From Azolla caroliniana (lineage: Eukaryota > Plantae > Polypodiophyta), in contig JBHGNT010000009.1 of assembly GCA_043228905.1 (NCBI GenBank), positions 15,066,001 to 15,130,000 on the forward strand: a stretch of DNA of 64,000 nucleotides. Direction: 5' to 3'. Each line of letters begins with the position of its first letter. The stretch's first letter is position 1. Below, piece by piece: positions 25,723 through 37,818 of this stretch. The notes under the pieces are model-generated. The model searched no databases. It was given only the letters and a program-made list of their open reading frames with translations, and had not been told where the DNA came from. A program made the position numbers and the translations under genes.

Positions 25723-26680
25723 TGTCGTGCCTTTCGGCGCCAGATCGTTGCGTGAGTCGGGTGGGAACCACTGGGGTTTTGGACTAGGAAGAGGAAGAAT
25801 TTGAGACGAGTTTGGTTATGAATAGATTATAAGAAAGAGATATAAAAACTTGTGAATCCCACAAGTATATTGTATTAGATTAATCAATATTAAGATAAGA
25901 ATATGAATTTGGATTGAAAGAGAAGTTTATAGAAACCTCGTGAATCCCACGAGTATAGTTTATTTCGTGAATCCCACGAATATATTTTATTAATTGGTGT
26001 CTCTTAGAAATATATCCAATTTCCAAATATTTCACACCCCCTTACATTGTGCTCCCCATCCTTATATAGTGATGAGAGAGTCTTAACAATCCATGCTTTT
26101 TCTATAAATAGACTCTATGCTTTCTCTAACATGCTTTTCCTAAAGTGATCCTACTTTTTCTAACTTGATGCGTTTTTATCGATTATGGTGTTCATGCACG
26201 CTACATGTGCATGCGTAGCTTTTTCTTTTATCATGCGTTTTCTTCTAACTAAAGTTTATCTTAGCGTGAACTTACCTTTCTATGTGGGACGTTTACTTTT
26301 TTAACACTAATGATATGTTAGTGTAATCATGGTAAGGCTTTACATTATTAACATGGAGGTACAGGGTTCGAATCTTGCTCTATGCATGTAACAATCTTTT
26401 CTTTTATTTACAAATTTGTCTCTTCATCCGGTAAGAGACTCTCACTGGCCTTCTTCATTTGGCTCCGGTTCTCACCGGTTTTCTTTATCCGGTTCTTACC
26501 GGGTCCTCCTTACCGGTCCTCTTCATCCGTTTCTCACCGATTCTCACCGGCCTTCTTCATCCGGCTCTTGTCGGCTCTCCTTACCGGGTCCTCCTTACCG
26601 GTTCCTCCTTGCCGATTTCTCCTTTATCCGTAGGAACCAAAATGCAATTTTTCACATAGTGTACGAAATACACTATGACA
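25723..26680 (-). repeat. Isolated LTR (TGTCGTG...TATGACA group)
   Basis: Inverted termini; minus-strand TATA near 26060-26070; GC-rich CCGG repeats 26455-26630; three GTGAATCCCAC copies; no TSD. Confidence 0.72.
26319..26380 (+). promoter_or_regulatory. tRNA-like Pol III cassette in LTR U3
   Basis: TAGTGTAATCATGG (26319-26332) ... GGAGGTACAG GGTTCGAATCT (26365-26375); T-runs follow near 26395-26410. Confidence 0.65.
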
Positions 26681-28957
26681 CCGTACATGTCGACTCGTAG
26701 CTTTTTTGACTCCACTCTTGAATTTTTGGAAGTGTTCGAACACCTTGCTGTTTTGCCGCATTAGGTAGATCCAAGTGTGCCTAGAGAAGTCATCGATAAA
26801 GGTCATGTAGTATCGGCATCCGCCAAATGTTGCCGTTTGAGCCGGTCCCCATACATCAGAATGAATTACGTCTAGTACGCCTTTGCTTACATTTCTCTCC
26901 CTCGGAAATGGATGCCCATGTTGCTTGCCGAATTGGCAAGCCGCACATACGCCTTCAATCTCTCTCTCTTTGAAGGTCGGGAGTCCGATGATGACTCCTT
27001 TCAATTGCATCGCCTTGAGTTTTTGAAGGTTGATATGCGCAATCCGCTTGTGGCATAACTCTATGTTGGACTCGGCTTTCGTGCTTTTTGCGAACATGGC
27101 CGATTTCATCTCGTGCAAGTTGAGAATGAACATCCAGCCCTCTCTTCGTTCGCGCGCAATGAGTTGGCCCTCTTTTTCGATGAAGCAACCGCCTTGATTA
27201 AATTGAACTTGCATTCCTTGCTCTACAATTTGGCCGACGGAGACCAAATTCTTCGTGATAGTTGGTACATGCAAGAAAATTTTAATGTAAGTTTTCTTAC
27301 CTTCTTTTCCAAACGGAACATTGCCGATATGCCGAATTGGGGGCGTAGTGTCATCTCTGGTTTCGACATAGCCGAGTCGGTCCGGCTCTCGAAGTTCTCA
27401 TAACCATTCTTGATGCGATGTCATATGGTTTGAGGCACCAGAATTGACAAACCGTACATCTTCCAGACCGGAGGCACTAGTAGAAGTAGAGGCCGACATA
27501 GAATTCGCTCTATGTCTCATTACGAATAATGCACCATAGTCGTCGTACTCGGAGTCGGCGGCGTAATTGGTGAGTTGTCAACTAGTGGAAGCCGACTCAC
27601 GCATTTTCTTTCGGCACTCTTCTTCACGGTTGCCTGACTTGGCCACAATATCCGCATCTGATTGAGGTTTGTCGGCTCGAACCGGGATGGTGGCCCCCCC
27701 TTCTTCCGAAGGTTCGTCGATGGCCTCCATCTTGTTGCCATAATTGAGAGTTGCTTTCGTAAATCAGACCTTGTCCGCCTCGTCCTTGGCCGAATCAGCC
27801 TCTTCTTGCACGACTGCGTCCTCTTCCTCCGTCCGAATGCGTGCAGAGCATGTGGCCTTCCGAAGCGTTGCTCCTTGTTCGAACATGATTCTCTTCGACC
27901 AACAACATGGATTGAAGATCGATGAAGCAAGGTTTAGCGATGAGCCGGTTCAACAACGTGGTATTACGATAGCGATGAGCCGGTTCTTCTTGAATGTTGG
28001 CGTAGAGCACAACACACGATCACGATGAGGCGAATGGGCTAGATCGAGCTACCAAATCGCTCTAATACCATGTAAAGAATTGATGGTGATTCTTGTGCAT
28101 CGGAATAAATGTGCGTTATGTGTGTGTATGTGTGAGAGAATAGAGAGGAGAGAAAAGAGAACTTGAGATAGATAAGCAAGAGAAATGAAATACTCAAGAA
28201 GAAGAAGATGTATATTTCACAAGTAGAATAGAGATACACAAATGTAGCGTTAGAAGGAGTCACAACCGACTTGATATGAAGTAGGAGAGTGCTTTATATA
28301 GGGTACTATGATAGCGATGAGCCAGTTCTTCTTGAACGATGAAGCAAGGTTTAGCGATGAGCCGGTTCAACAACGTGGTACTACGATAGCGATGAGCCGG
28401 TTCTTCTTGAATGTTGGCATAGAGCACAACACACGATCACGATGAGGCGACTAGGCCTAGATCGAGCTACCAAATCGCTCTGATACCATGTAAAGAATCG
28501 ATGGTGATTCTTGTGCAGTGGAATAAATGTGCGTTTTGTGTGTGTGTGAGAGAGAATAGAGAGGAGAGAAAAGAGAACTCAAGATAGATAAGCAAGAGAA
28601 ATGAAATACTCAAGAAGAAGAAGATGTATATTTCACAAGTAGAATAGAGATACAAAAATGTAGCGTTAGAAGGAGTCACAACCGACTTGATATGAAGTAG
28701 GAGGAGGGTGCTTTATATAGGGTCACCCTCTCTCTTCATTTACTCACTACAAGGTCCACACTCTCACTAGAGCCTTGAGGAATGTGAACTCTTATGGTCA
28801 TGGGGAATGTGGAACCCATTAGTTATGTGTCATAGAATATGATTCTATAAGACATAGTTTAATGTGTAGAGAGTGGTATGACTCTTGACCTTTGAGTGCT
28901 CATGGATGCTCAAAGGGTGGTTCACACGTTACACTATGTTGAGCTTGATTCTCAACA
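26681..28957 (-). mobile_element. Bryco-like Copia G, 5' portion with deleted gag and duplicated LTR/PBS
   Basis: LTR 28957-28489; Met PBS at 28477-28488 and 28059-28070; LQSMLLVEENH, VPTITKNLVSVGQIV, HSDVWGP, FIDDFSR. Confidence 0.88.
27921..28722. repeat. Tandem duplication (~418-bp period) of TATA-R-U5-PBS-leader
   Basis: 27921-28302 is repeated at 28338-28722 with few substitutions. Confidence 0.9.
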
Positions 28958-29794
28958 ACCTTCAACACCCTTGGAAGGAGACACACCACAGAGAGTATGG
29001 ACCGGTAAAGACGTATCTTACCGGCATCTGAAGGTGTTCGGTTGTCTCGCCTATGTACATGTTGCAAAGGACAAGAGAGAAAAGTTGGATCCGATGTCTC
29101 GGACATGCATATTCCTTGGATACGGTGATGATGAGTTTGGATACCGAGTGTGGGATTTGGTCGACAAGAAGGTGTTGCGGAGTTAGGACATAGTCTTCAT
29201 GGAATACAAGAGTATTGCCGACTGGGAGTCGAAGAAGAAGATAGTAGACTCCAGACCAACCAACGGGACCCATCTAACCGGAAGTAGGATAACACTCGAA
29301 GAACCGGCCGGAATCAGACAAGTGTTACCGGCCGGCAAGGAGTCCAAAATACGGAGTGAAGGAATTAATTAAGTATGGTTGTAAATAAGCATAGTATGGA
29401 CGGACGGACTGGAAACGGTATGCCGTTCCAGATCCGGACGGATCCCGAATAGGTGCGATAGGCACCGTTTTGTACTACGGGCCGGAAACCTATTTAAAGG
29501 CCCGGACCCCATTGTAATCGCAGCGGATAATTAATAGAGCGTATGGTGTTTATACTTCTGTGTTGATTTCCGTTCTGTAATTACTGTTATATCTTATGCG
29601 TGTAATTAACAAAAGCGCTCTAATCGTGTAACCTACTTAAGTCGGTGTAATCGTTGAGTCATAATCCTATGCCGTAATCACCCTTTGGTGAAGTGTCTCC
29701 GCGACACCTTGTGTTAGGCCTTGTCCGGTCAGAGAACAACACAGTTTTGGCGACCACGATTCCTGCTTTCTCACAGCGAACAACGGCTTAATGG

Positions 29795-32700
29795 ATGACT
29801 AGACCAACGCACGACCTGGTTACAGACCGAGCTCGACGCCTCGCCGAACGGCAAAGACGGCGTGAGACTTTCCAGCAAGCAGCGCACGAAATTCACTCGG
29901 ATCGTTCGTTCTCCAACGTGATCCGGAGAGTCGCGGAGGAATCTCTTCGGTTACAGCAAACTCGCGACCAGGACGAGGGAAGCAGTCTAAGTGGTCTCCG
30001 GGAAACTGAACGCCTCCTCGAGGCGCTGGCAAGCGGAGAAAACGAGGCAGAAGCCTTTTCAGCCTACGAATCGGATTTCGAAGGGGGATACAGCGTGCAC
30101 ACGAACTACCGGAGTAGCAACGATACCCCCGGCGGCCCGGAGGACGACGGGTCGGATACCGTGCCGACTCCAGAACCGGAACCGTTCGACCAGGGCTATC
30201 CGAAACCGCAAACGGAAGCCGTCAACCAACCAACACCGGAAGTGGAAGAAGCAAAGCCACCGACACCAACGAAAGAGCCGGCGAAGGTACCGGAAGAAGA
30301 GCCGGTGAAGGAACCGGAAAAAGAACCGGAAGTGGAACAGGAGAGAAAACCGGAAAGATATCGACAAACGCCACTAAACCGCGGCCTAATACTGGACGAC
30401 GACATGCCGTTCCAATACTCAAAGTATCGCGATGATCCGGACGCGGAAGCGCATGTTCATGCCTTCGAGCAGACATGGGAAGCAAATCACGCGTCCCAGC
30501 GATTGACACCGGAGGAAGAAGAACGCTCGAAGATAGCGGAATTCGGGGTCACGTTGGAAGGACCAGCGGCACGATGGCGGCGGACGTAGGACCCGGCGAC
30601 CATCACAACCTTTGCAGAAGTAAAAGCAAAATTCTTGCATTTTTTCCACAAGGAGGTCGACCAGACGACAATGGTGGGCCTGTTTTATATGATCCGACAG
30701 GAGGCAGGGGAAAGAATTCCCCAATTCGTCATCCGTTTCCAACGAATGCATAGCCAGCTTGCCCGTGCACCCCCGGAGGAGGAATTACGGACGATATTTT
30801 TAAACGCACTCCGGGAACCGTTACGCACGGTGTGTACGGTGATCGACTTTCGAGGAAGCACCATTGACCAGGTCATTGACCGGGTCAGAGAAATGGAAAA
30901 GTCAAGCTCATGGCTTACACTGGGAGCACTGCAACGGGCGTTACCCACCGATGAAGATCTCCGGTTCTGGCAGGCAATTCAATGCACAATCTGCTTGAAT
31001 GCCGGACACTCGGCAGTGGAGTGCACCATGCGAACCCAGTGTGTGATTTGTCAATCCAAGAGTCATACAACGGACCGGTGCGAGTATAACCTGTTAAACC
31101 GACAAGCACCACCCGTCCAACAGATCGAGCCAAGAAGCAGCCGAGACGAAGATGAAGATCGTTGGCAAAGAATGAACCGGTACCGACCGGCACAGGATGT
31201 CCGGTACGGAGACAGACAAGAGAATGATGGCCGGTACGGGGATCGGCATGATAACTATGACCGGTATGAGCGATCGGACCGTTATCGGGAGTCCAATAGA
31301 CGACACGAGCAATACGACAGAGACCATTCCCCTGGTTACCGAAGGCACCAGGAGGACTACGGCCGATGTTACGATCCACCACGACAGGACTACCGAAATA
31401 GAAATAAGAATAATAAGAAACGTAATTTCAAGAAAGGTGGTCACCCTAGGGACCCGGAACATGGAACCCCAAGGAGCCAACCGGCACAGAACGCACCACT
31501 CACTACGAGACAGACTCCGGCTACCAGCAATGCTGAATCCAGCAATACCCGTAAAGAGTACTGCTACTACTGCAGGCAGGAAGGCCACTACAGTAACCAG
31601 TGCCCGGCAAAGAGCTACGATAAACGACCAGCAGTTAATATGGTGGTTCCGGAAGTGGCGGATTTACAGCAAGTAACCACACGGTCGAAAGGCATGGCCA
31701 AAGAGTGGGAAACACAAGAGGCCATACGAAAACAGGCGACGGAATGGGTGAAGGAAGCCAATGAAAGGAACGTCGCGGATGTGGAACGGCAAAAGGCGAA
31801 TACCATAGGGAGTGCCGGCGGTAGCCACGCAGAAAACGAGACATGGCAAGCACTGCAAGAATGTCAGATCATGTTGCCATTAGGAAGACTCCTGCAGCTC
31901 GTGCCGCGATTTACGGAAGGACTAAAAACGGTCATGACAGACGGTGTAGCCCCACCGGCACCAGTCCTCTTCTCGAATTCGGAGGAGGGACCGACGGTGG
32001 TGGACACTAGTAGTCCGGTGATTACAGCTATGGTCAAAGGGCACGAACTTCCCGGCACAGTAATCGATGGAGGTTCCGGGGTGAACGTAATAAGCCTCCG
32101 CACGTGTGATGCCTTGGGTATACATGAATGGGAGCCATGTCCGTTCTGGCTACGGATGGCGGATACGAGCTCTGTACGGCCGACGGGCTTAATACGGAAA
32201 TTGGAAGTCACCATAGGAGGTCACACATTTCACATCTCGGCTGTCGTGCTGCAGCTACAGGCGCAAGGCGCGTACCCACTGTTGCTGGGCAGACCATGGT
32301 TGAAAACAGCACACATCAAGCAAAATTGGCGGAAAAATATGATTACCTTCCGGCGCGGAAAAGCCAAGGTCCGGGTACCGACACAACCACGGACGAGCAA
32401 CGGTAAGGAATGCACACCGCTGTATGCGGAATGCGTGAATATGCTTGAAGGGTTAGCAGACGACGAAGAAGCCCAGTACTTGGAGGAACACCCGAAGATC
32501 GTACCACTCTTTGAGATTGACGTGGCTGAAGCCGTAGCACCATACTTGCCGCAGCGGGACGACACCGAAGCCGAACCAGACAAAGATTCGATTCGGGAAT
32601 TACGGCAAGCACAGGAAGCGTTGGAACGGGAAATGGCCGTTTCCCAACGGGTAAAAACATCCCAGCTCGACGAAGTGAACCTAGGAAGCAAGGACGAATC

Positions 32701-35020
32701 AAAGCCGGTACACATCGCCAAAGAGATGAAGCCGGAAGATAAAGCGCGATGATCAAACTTCTCACGGAGTTTCGCGACGTATTCGCCTGGTCATACGAAG
32801 ACATGCGAGGGCTGGACCCTCAATTATATCAGCATCAGATCCACTTAGGCAAGGACGCGAAACCAGTGGCGCAAAGACGTTACCGAATGAACCCCAACTA
32901 CACCGCCAAAGTGAAGGAGGAAATCGACAAACTCCTAAGAGTGGGCTTCATCCGGCCGGTAAAGAAAGCGACGTGGCTGAGCCCCATCGTCGTCGTCCCA
33001 AAGAAGAACGGTAAAATCCGCGTATGTGTAGATTACAGGAAACTAAATGCAGCCACAATTACGGATGCATTCCCTCTTCCGTTCACGGATGGAGTACTGG
33101 ATGCCGTCGCCGGCCATGAAGTTTATAGCTTTTTAGACGGGTTCAGCGGATACAATCAAATCCGGATGCACCCTGACGACCAGGAAAAGACAGCGTTCGT
33201 CACCGAATGGGGGGTGTTTGTTGCCGTAGTAATGATGTTCGGACTAAAAACGGCACCAGCAACTTTCCAGCGAATCATCATGGAGATCTTCGGCGAATAC
33301 ATTCCAGCCTTCATGCAGGTTTTCCTGGATGACTTTGCAGTCTATAGCCGGGAAAAAGACCATTTGCAGCACCTACGGTTATGCCTTGAAAAGTGTAGGT
33401 TATACCGGCTAAGCTTAAACCCAGCGAAATGCATCTTTGGGGTGTCAAGTGGAATCTTACTGGGACACATTGTAAGTAAGGAGGGCATTGCGGTCGACCC
33501 GGACAAAGTAAACGCGATACTAGGGGCACCGGTGCCGAAAACGGCCAAAGCACTAAGCCGATTCTTAGGACAGATCCGGTGGCACAGCCGGATGCTCTGT
33601 CACTTGGCTGACTTGGCTACACCATTACACACCGCGGTACATCGGACACCGTTCCAATGGACGGATACGGAGGATAAGGCATACAATGCCCTGAAGGCAC
33701 TGTTGTCGCAAGCACCCGTCGTGCAACCTCCGGATTGGAGCAAGGAATTTCATGTGTTCGTTGACGCTTCCGACATCGCTATCGGCAGCGCCTTAATGCA
33801 ACTTACGGAGCCCAAATGGTACCGGCCGGTATATTACGCCAGCCGGAAGCTGTCCCAAGCGGAGAAGAACTATTCGACTACGGAACGGGAGGCCCTGGGC
33901 ATGATCTACAGTGTCACAAAGTTTCGTCATTACCTATTGGGAAGGAAGTTCTCCTTTCATGTGGATCACTCGGCGCTCCTGTACTTAGTGTCCAAGGCGT
34001 CCCTGACCGGTAAGTTGGCCCGTTCGACCTTGCTGTTGCAGGAGTTCGAATTCGAGATCTTCCACCGGCCCGGTATCCAGCATGCCGTAGCAAACTATCT
34101 GAGCCGGTTAGAGTCCGGAGAATCAGGCGACGGAGTATCGGATGAATTCCCGGATGCAAAGTTATTCCGTATCACCCCGGAAACGGCAGCGGACGACACG
34201 GTGGTATCAGAAGATAGGTGGCTGACAAACATGCACCAGTTCCTAAGCACGGGCCTGCCACCGGAGGAAATAAACCGGGACGAGAGGAAACGAATGGCGG
34301 TGCAGAGCCGCAATTTCTGTCTGTTACGGGACACTCTCTACCACAAGGGAGCAGATGGAATATGGAGACGGGCAGTCCGTAGTGACGAGAAACAAGTAAT
34401 CTTACGGGAAGCACACTGTGGGGTTGCCGGAGGACACTATGCCGGGGAAGCAAACGGCAAGGAAAGTATGGCAGAGCGGCTTATGGTGGCCCACGACGTT
34501 AAAAGACGCCGTCAAGTATGCTAAGGAATGTGACCTATGCCAATGAATGGGGCCAGCCTACGGAGCAAGCACGGATGCCACACCAACCGGTACTTCCACT
34601 AGAGCCATTCCAGAAGTGGGGGTTGGATTTTGTCGGGACCGTTCAAGCCACCGGCAATGAGAACGGGTAATCGTTATGTCATCGTGGCAACAGATTATTG
34701 CACTAATGGGTGGAGCTAAGGGCCTTGAGAGACAACACCCGCGTCATCCATAGCAAAATTCCTGTACGAGAACATTTGGTGCCGATATGGATGTCCGATT
34801 GAATAATCAGCGACCAAGGAGGGCACTCTTTCTCGGCCAGGTAGTTGAAAGCTTAATAACTTTCTATGCCGTGGTCCATAAACGGAGCACACCGTACTAC
34901 CCACAAGCAAACGGGTTAGCAGAGTCAACCAACAAAACCTCCAGAACATTCTCCGCAAAATCGTCAATGAAAACCGGACGGACTGGGATACAAAGCTCCA
35001 TAGCGCGCTATGGGCGTACG
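29795..35020 (+). pseudogene. Element C gag-pol (three CCHC knuckles, protease, RT, RNase H, integrase)
   Basis: ORFs 29795-30589, 30635-32752, 32749-34524; VIDGGSGVNVI, FLDGFSGYNQI, VFLDDF, FVDASD, YYPQANGLAE. One stop and several frameshifts relative to element D. Confidence 0.93.
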
Positions 35021-35093
35021 AACGGCATACCGTTTCCAGTCCGGTCCGTCCATACTATGCTTATTTACAACCATACTTAATTAATTCCTTCAC

Positions 35094-35193
35094 NNNNNNN
35101 NNNNNNNNNNNNNNNNNNNNNNNNNNNNNNNNNNNNNNNNNNNNNNNNNNNNNNNNNNNNNNNNNNNNNNNNNNNNNNNNNNNNNNNNNNNNN
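35094..35193. other. Assembly gap (100 N)
   Basis: Run of N. Confidence 1.
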
Positions 35194-35789
35194 AAGTCAG
35201 CATATAGCAATCATCCCCCTCCTTCCGCCGGTTCTCTACGTCGGCCCGGAGCAATTGGAGTTCCGCCGCGTTCGGGGCCCACTTGGTCCACCATTTGACG
35301 GAACCGTTGTCAATCAAGCTCTTGGTCTGGTTCAACCAGGCCCGCATGATATCCTGGATGCGACTTGCTCCCATTTGCGCTCTACTTTTCCACAACTTGT
35401 CATTCCTCCTTCAACTGCTTGATGAGATTAGCCGTATCCTCCGCCTGCTCTTTGTAGTGTGTCAGCTGGACGACGACAGGCTGGAGGCGCAGATCCAGTT
35501 TGAAAGCTACGAGAGGTCCCGGATCCGGGAAGAGAAAGCACGAGAACCGGTTACGGTCAACCTCAGTGATGAGGAACCGTTACTGGAAGGAGACCGGACT
35601 GGAAACAGTCAGACGGAGATGCCGGAGTCAGAGAAACAAACGGAGCAGCCGCCTAGAGAGCAGCCGGAGCAGTCTCAGTCCCAACCGCAACCACAGCAGC
35701 AGCAGCAAGCACAGCCGCAACAACCACAACCGGAAGAACAATTGGAAACTCTGGAAGAAAGTATTTTGGACAATTTGGGTGAACAATGA
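35194..35789 (+). pseudogene. C-terminal part of the extra ORF of element C (35194 to ~35460 inverted)
   Basis: QLDDDRLEAQIQFE on plus and AELQLLRADVENRRKEGDDCY on minus both match the extra ORF of element D. Confidence 0.8.
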
Positions 35790-36673
35790 AGGCGCCGAGA
35801 AGGGTTCGACGTACAAGGTACTGTCCCACGGGCGTGCCATGTGTTACCGGCCGGCAAGGAGTCCAAAATACAGAGTGAAGGAATTAATTAAGTATGGTTG
35901 TAAATAAGCATAGTATGGACGGACGGACTGGAAACGGTATGCCGTTCCAGATCCGGACGGATCCCGAATAGGTGCGATAGGCACCGTTTTGTACTACGGG
36001 CCGGAAACCTATTTAAAGGCCCGGACCCCATTGTAATCGCAGCGGATAATTAATAGAGTGTATGGTGTTTATACTTCTGTGTTGATTTCCGTTCTGTAAT
36101 TACTGTTATATCTTACGCGTGTAATTAACAAAAGCGCTCTAATCGTGTAACCTACTTAAGTCGGTGTAATCGTTGAGTCATAATCCTATGCCGTAATCAC
36201 CCTTTGGTGAAGTGTCTCCGCGACACCTTGTGTTAGGCCTTGTCCGGTCAGAGAACAACAACAAGAGACCAAACCGATCGAAGAAGAAGAAGATCTGGAC
36301 ACCGGAACTAGACAAGACCCCGAATTGGATTCGAATGAAGAACAAACGGAGGAACCGGTAGTCTAAAACCAAGGAAGAAGATATCCTCTTAGAGAGAGAA
36401 GAGCCCCCCCGAAGATTTCCGGTTGCAGAGCATGTGTTGCTAACCGATGACGGGGGACAGGAAAGCTTCGAAGAAGCAAAGAAAGACACCCACAGCCACA
36501 AGTGGTTAAGTGCCATGGAGGACAAGATGGATTCCCTGAATGAGAACCACACATATGAATTGACAGAGCTGTTGAAAGGAAAGAGAACACTCTGGAAGAA
36601 ATGGGTGTACAAGTTGAAACCGGGAGACGCCGGAAATCCACAGAGGTACAAAGCCCGGATCGTGGTGAAGCGG

Positions 36674-37415
36674 TGTCACGGACAAGTAGACGAGGCTCAA
36701 TACTAAGAGAGTGAGAAAGAGACCATAGACAAGATAAAAAGAGAGAGAGAAAGTAGTCAAGAGAAAAGAACTGAATTATGATTCTGTAACTGGTGTTGTT
36801 CACCTTGACTAAGGCCAAGGTGAACCCCTGTATTTATACATGTCTATGGGCTCTAAATGTAGCCCCATGCAAAGACTCATTTTCATGCACAAGCTTCTAG
36901 AATGTTCTAGCTTTTGGAGCTTTTTGGAAGCTTCTAAAATCCTACATGTAGAATAGATAATCTACAATAATCTAGTAAGGTAACATGGTTATGTATTGGA
37001 TGTATTTGTTAAAACATATCGATTAATTACAATAGTTCAAGAGTTCGAATCATGACATGACTGTTGTCATGTCCATGACATTATCCCCCTGCTAAGGCCA
37101 CCTTTGAAGATGCCTCCCTGGTTTTTGTGGATATTGGTGATGAAATGCATGAACAACATTCGGTGCATTCTCCAAGTGTTGGATTGGTTCCCAAGTTGCT
37201 GGTAGCTCAGCGAGCATTGAAGGTATTGCTCAAGAATTTGGTTCACCCACTCCGTTTGGCCATCGGTTTGAGGATGATAGGACGAAGAAAAATTCACTGT
37301 TGTGCCCAATGTTTGAAGGAGCCGCCGCAAAAAACGAGAGACAAATTGGGGTCCGTGATCTGAGGTGACATCATCGAGACCCCATGAAGCCACACCACAT
37401 TCTTTAAAAATAGAT
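36674..37415 (-). mobile_element. Tcn1-type chromovirus K 3' end: INT/chromodomain remnant, PPT and 3' LTR (36674-37080)
   Basis: SDHGPQFVSRF, YHPQTDGQTE; AGCAGGGGGATAA before the LTR; LTR R-U5 resembles LTR J. Confidence 0.87.
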
Positions 37416-37614
37416 ACACGGGGCGGTCAGGACGCTGTCGTGAAGTACAAAATCTTGACATTAAAAGTCTACAATAAGATAAATACGTAACTAAAATAAC
37501 ATTTGATAATGTTTTATATATAAAGATAATATTAACAACACATGTGATAAATTTATATATATGTAAAGAAAAATAATATATATATATAGATAAATATATT
37601 ATATTACACGAACA

Positions 37615-37675
37615 AGAAAGGACTTGAACCAATAACCCCACCCTATGATTCTCAAATCTTACCATTTACTCTATA
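37615..37675 (-). promoter_or_regulatory. tRNA-like Pol III cassette 1 in solo LTR U3
   Basis: TAGAGTAAATGG (37673-37662) ... GGTTCAAGTCC (37630-37620); spacing 43 nt. Confidence 0.62.
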
Positions 37676-37760
37676 CTAGTAATATACGTAAAATAAAGCA
37701 TACTTTATATTACATAAAGGATTTGCTTCATGATATAAAAATGAAGTTGTATGTTGTATT

Positions 37761-37818
37761 TTGAGACTTGAACCCACAAACTCATACACCAAAGTCAACA
37801 CAACTACCATTAGGCTAG
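37761..37818 (-). promoter_or_regulatory. tRNA-like Pol III cassette 2 in solo LTR U3
   Basis: TAGCCTAATGG (37817-37807) ... TG GGTTCAAGTCT CA (B box 37774-37764) with a T-arm-like stem; spacing 43 nt. Confidence 0.7.

Larger units (their letters stand above)
29323..36260 (+). mobile_element. Young Athila/OTA-like Ty3/Gypsy element C (spans an assembly gap)
   Basis: 419-bp LTRs 29323-29741 and 35842-36260 with about 3 differences by eye; perfect TSD ACAAG; PBS TGGCGACCACGA (Arg-like) at 29748-29759. Confidence 0.93.
28958..36673 (+). pseudogene. Tork-like Copia INT-RT fragment (28958-29322 and 36261-36673) split by Gypsy C
   Basis: PLEGDTPQRVWTGKDVSYRHLKVFG on the left; ESFEEAKKD..KWVYKLK..YKARIV on the right. 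Confidence 0.88.

Noticed and set aside
30587-32752. Programmed readthrough at TAG 30587-30589 and frameshift at 32749-32752 in element C
   Set aside because: Element D has CAG at the first position and reads through the second in one frame, so both are mutations or sequencing errors.
12647-37080. LTRs 12647-13048 and 36674-37080 as the pair of one element
   Set aside because: Opposite orientation, clearly divergent U3 regions and no shared TSD.
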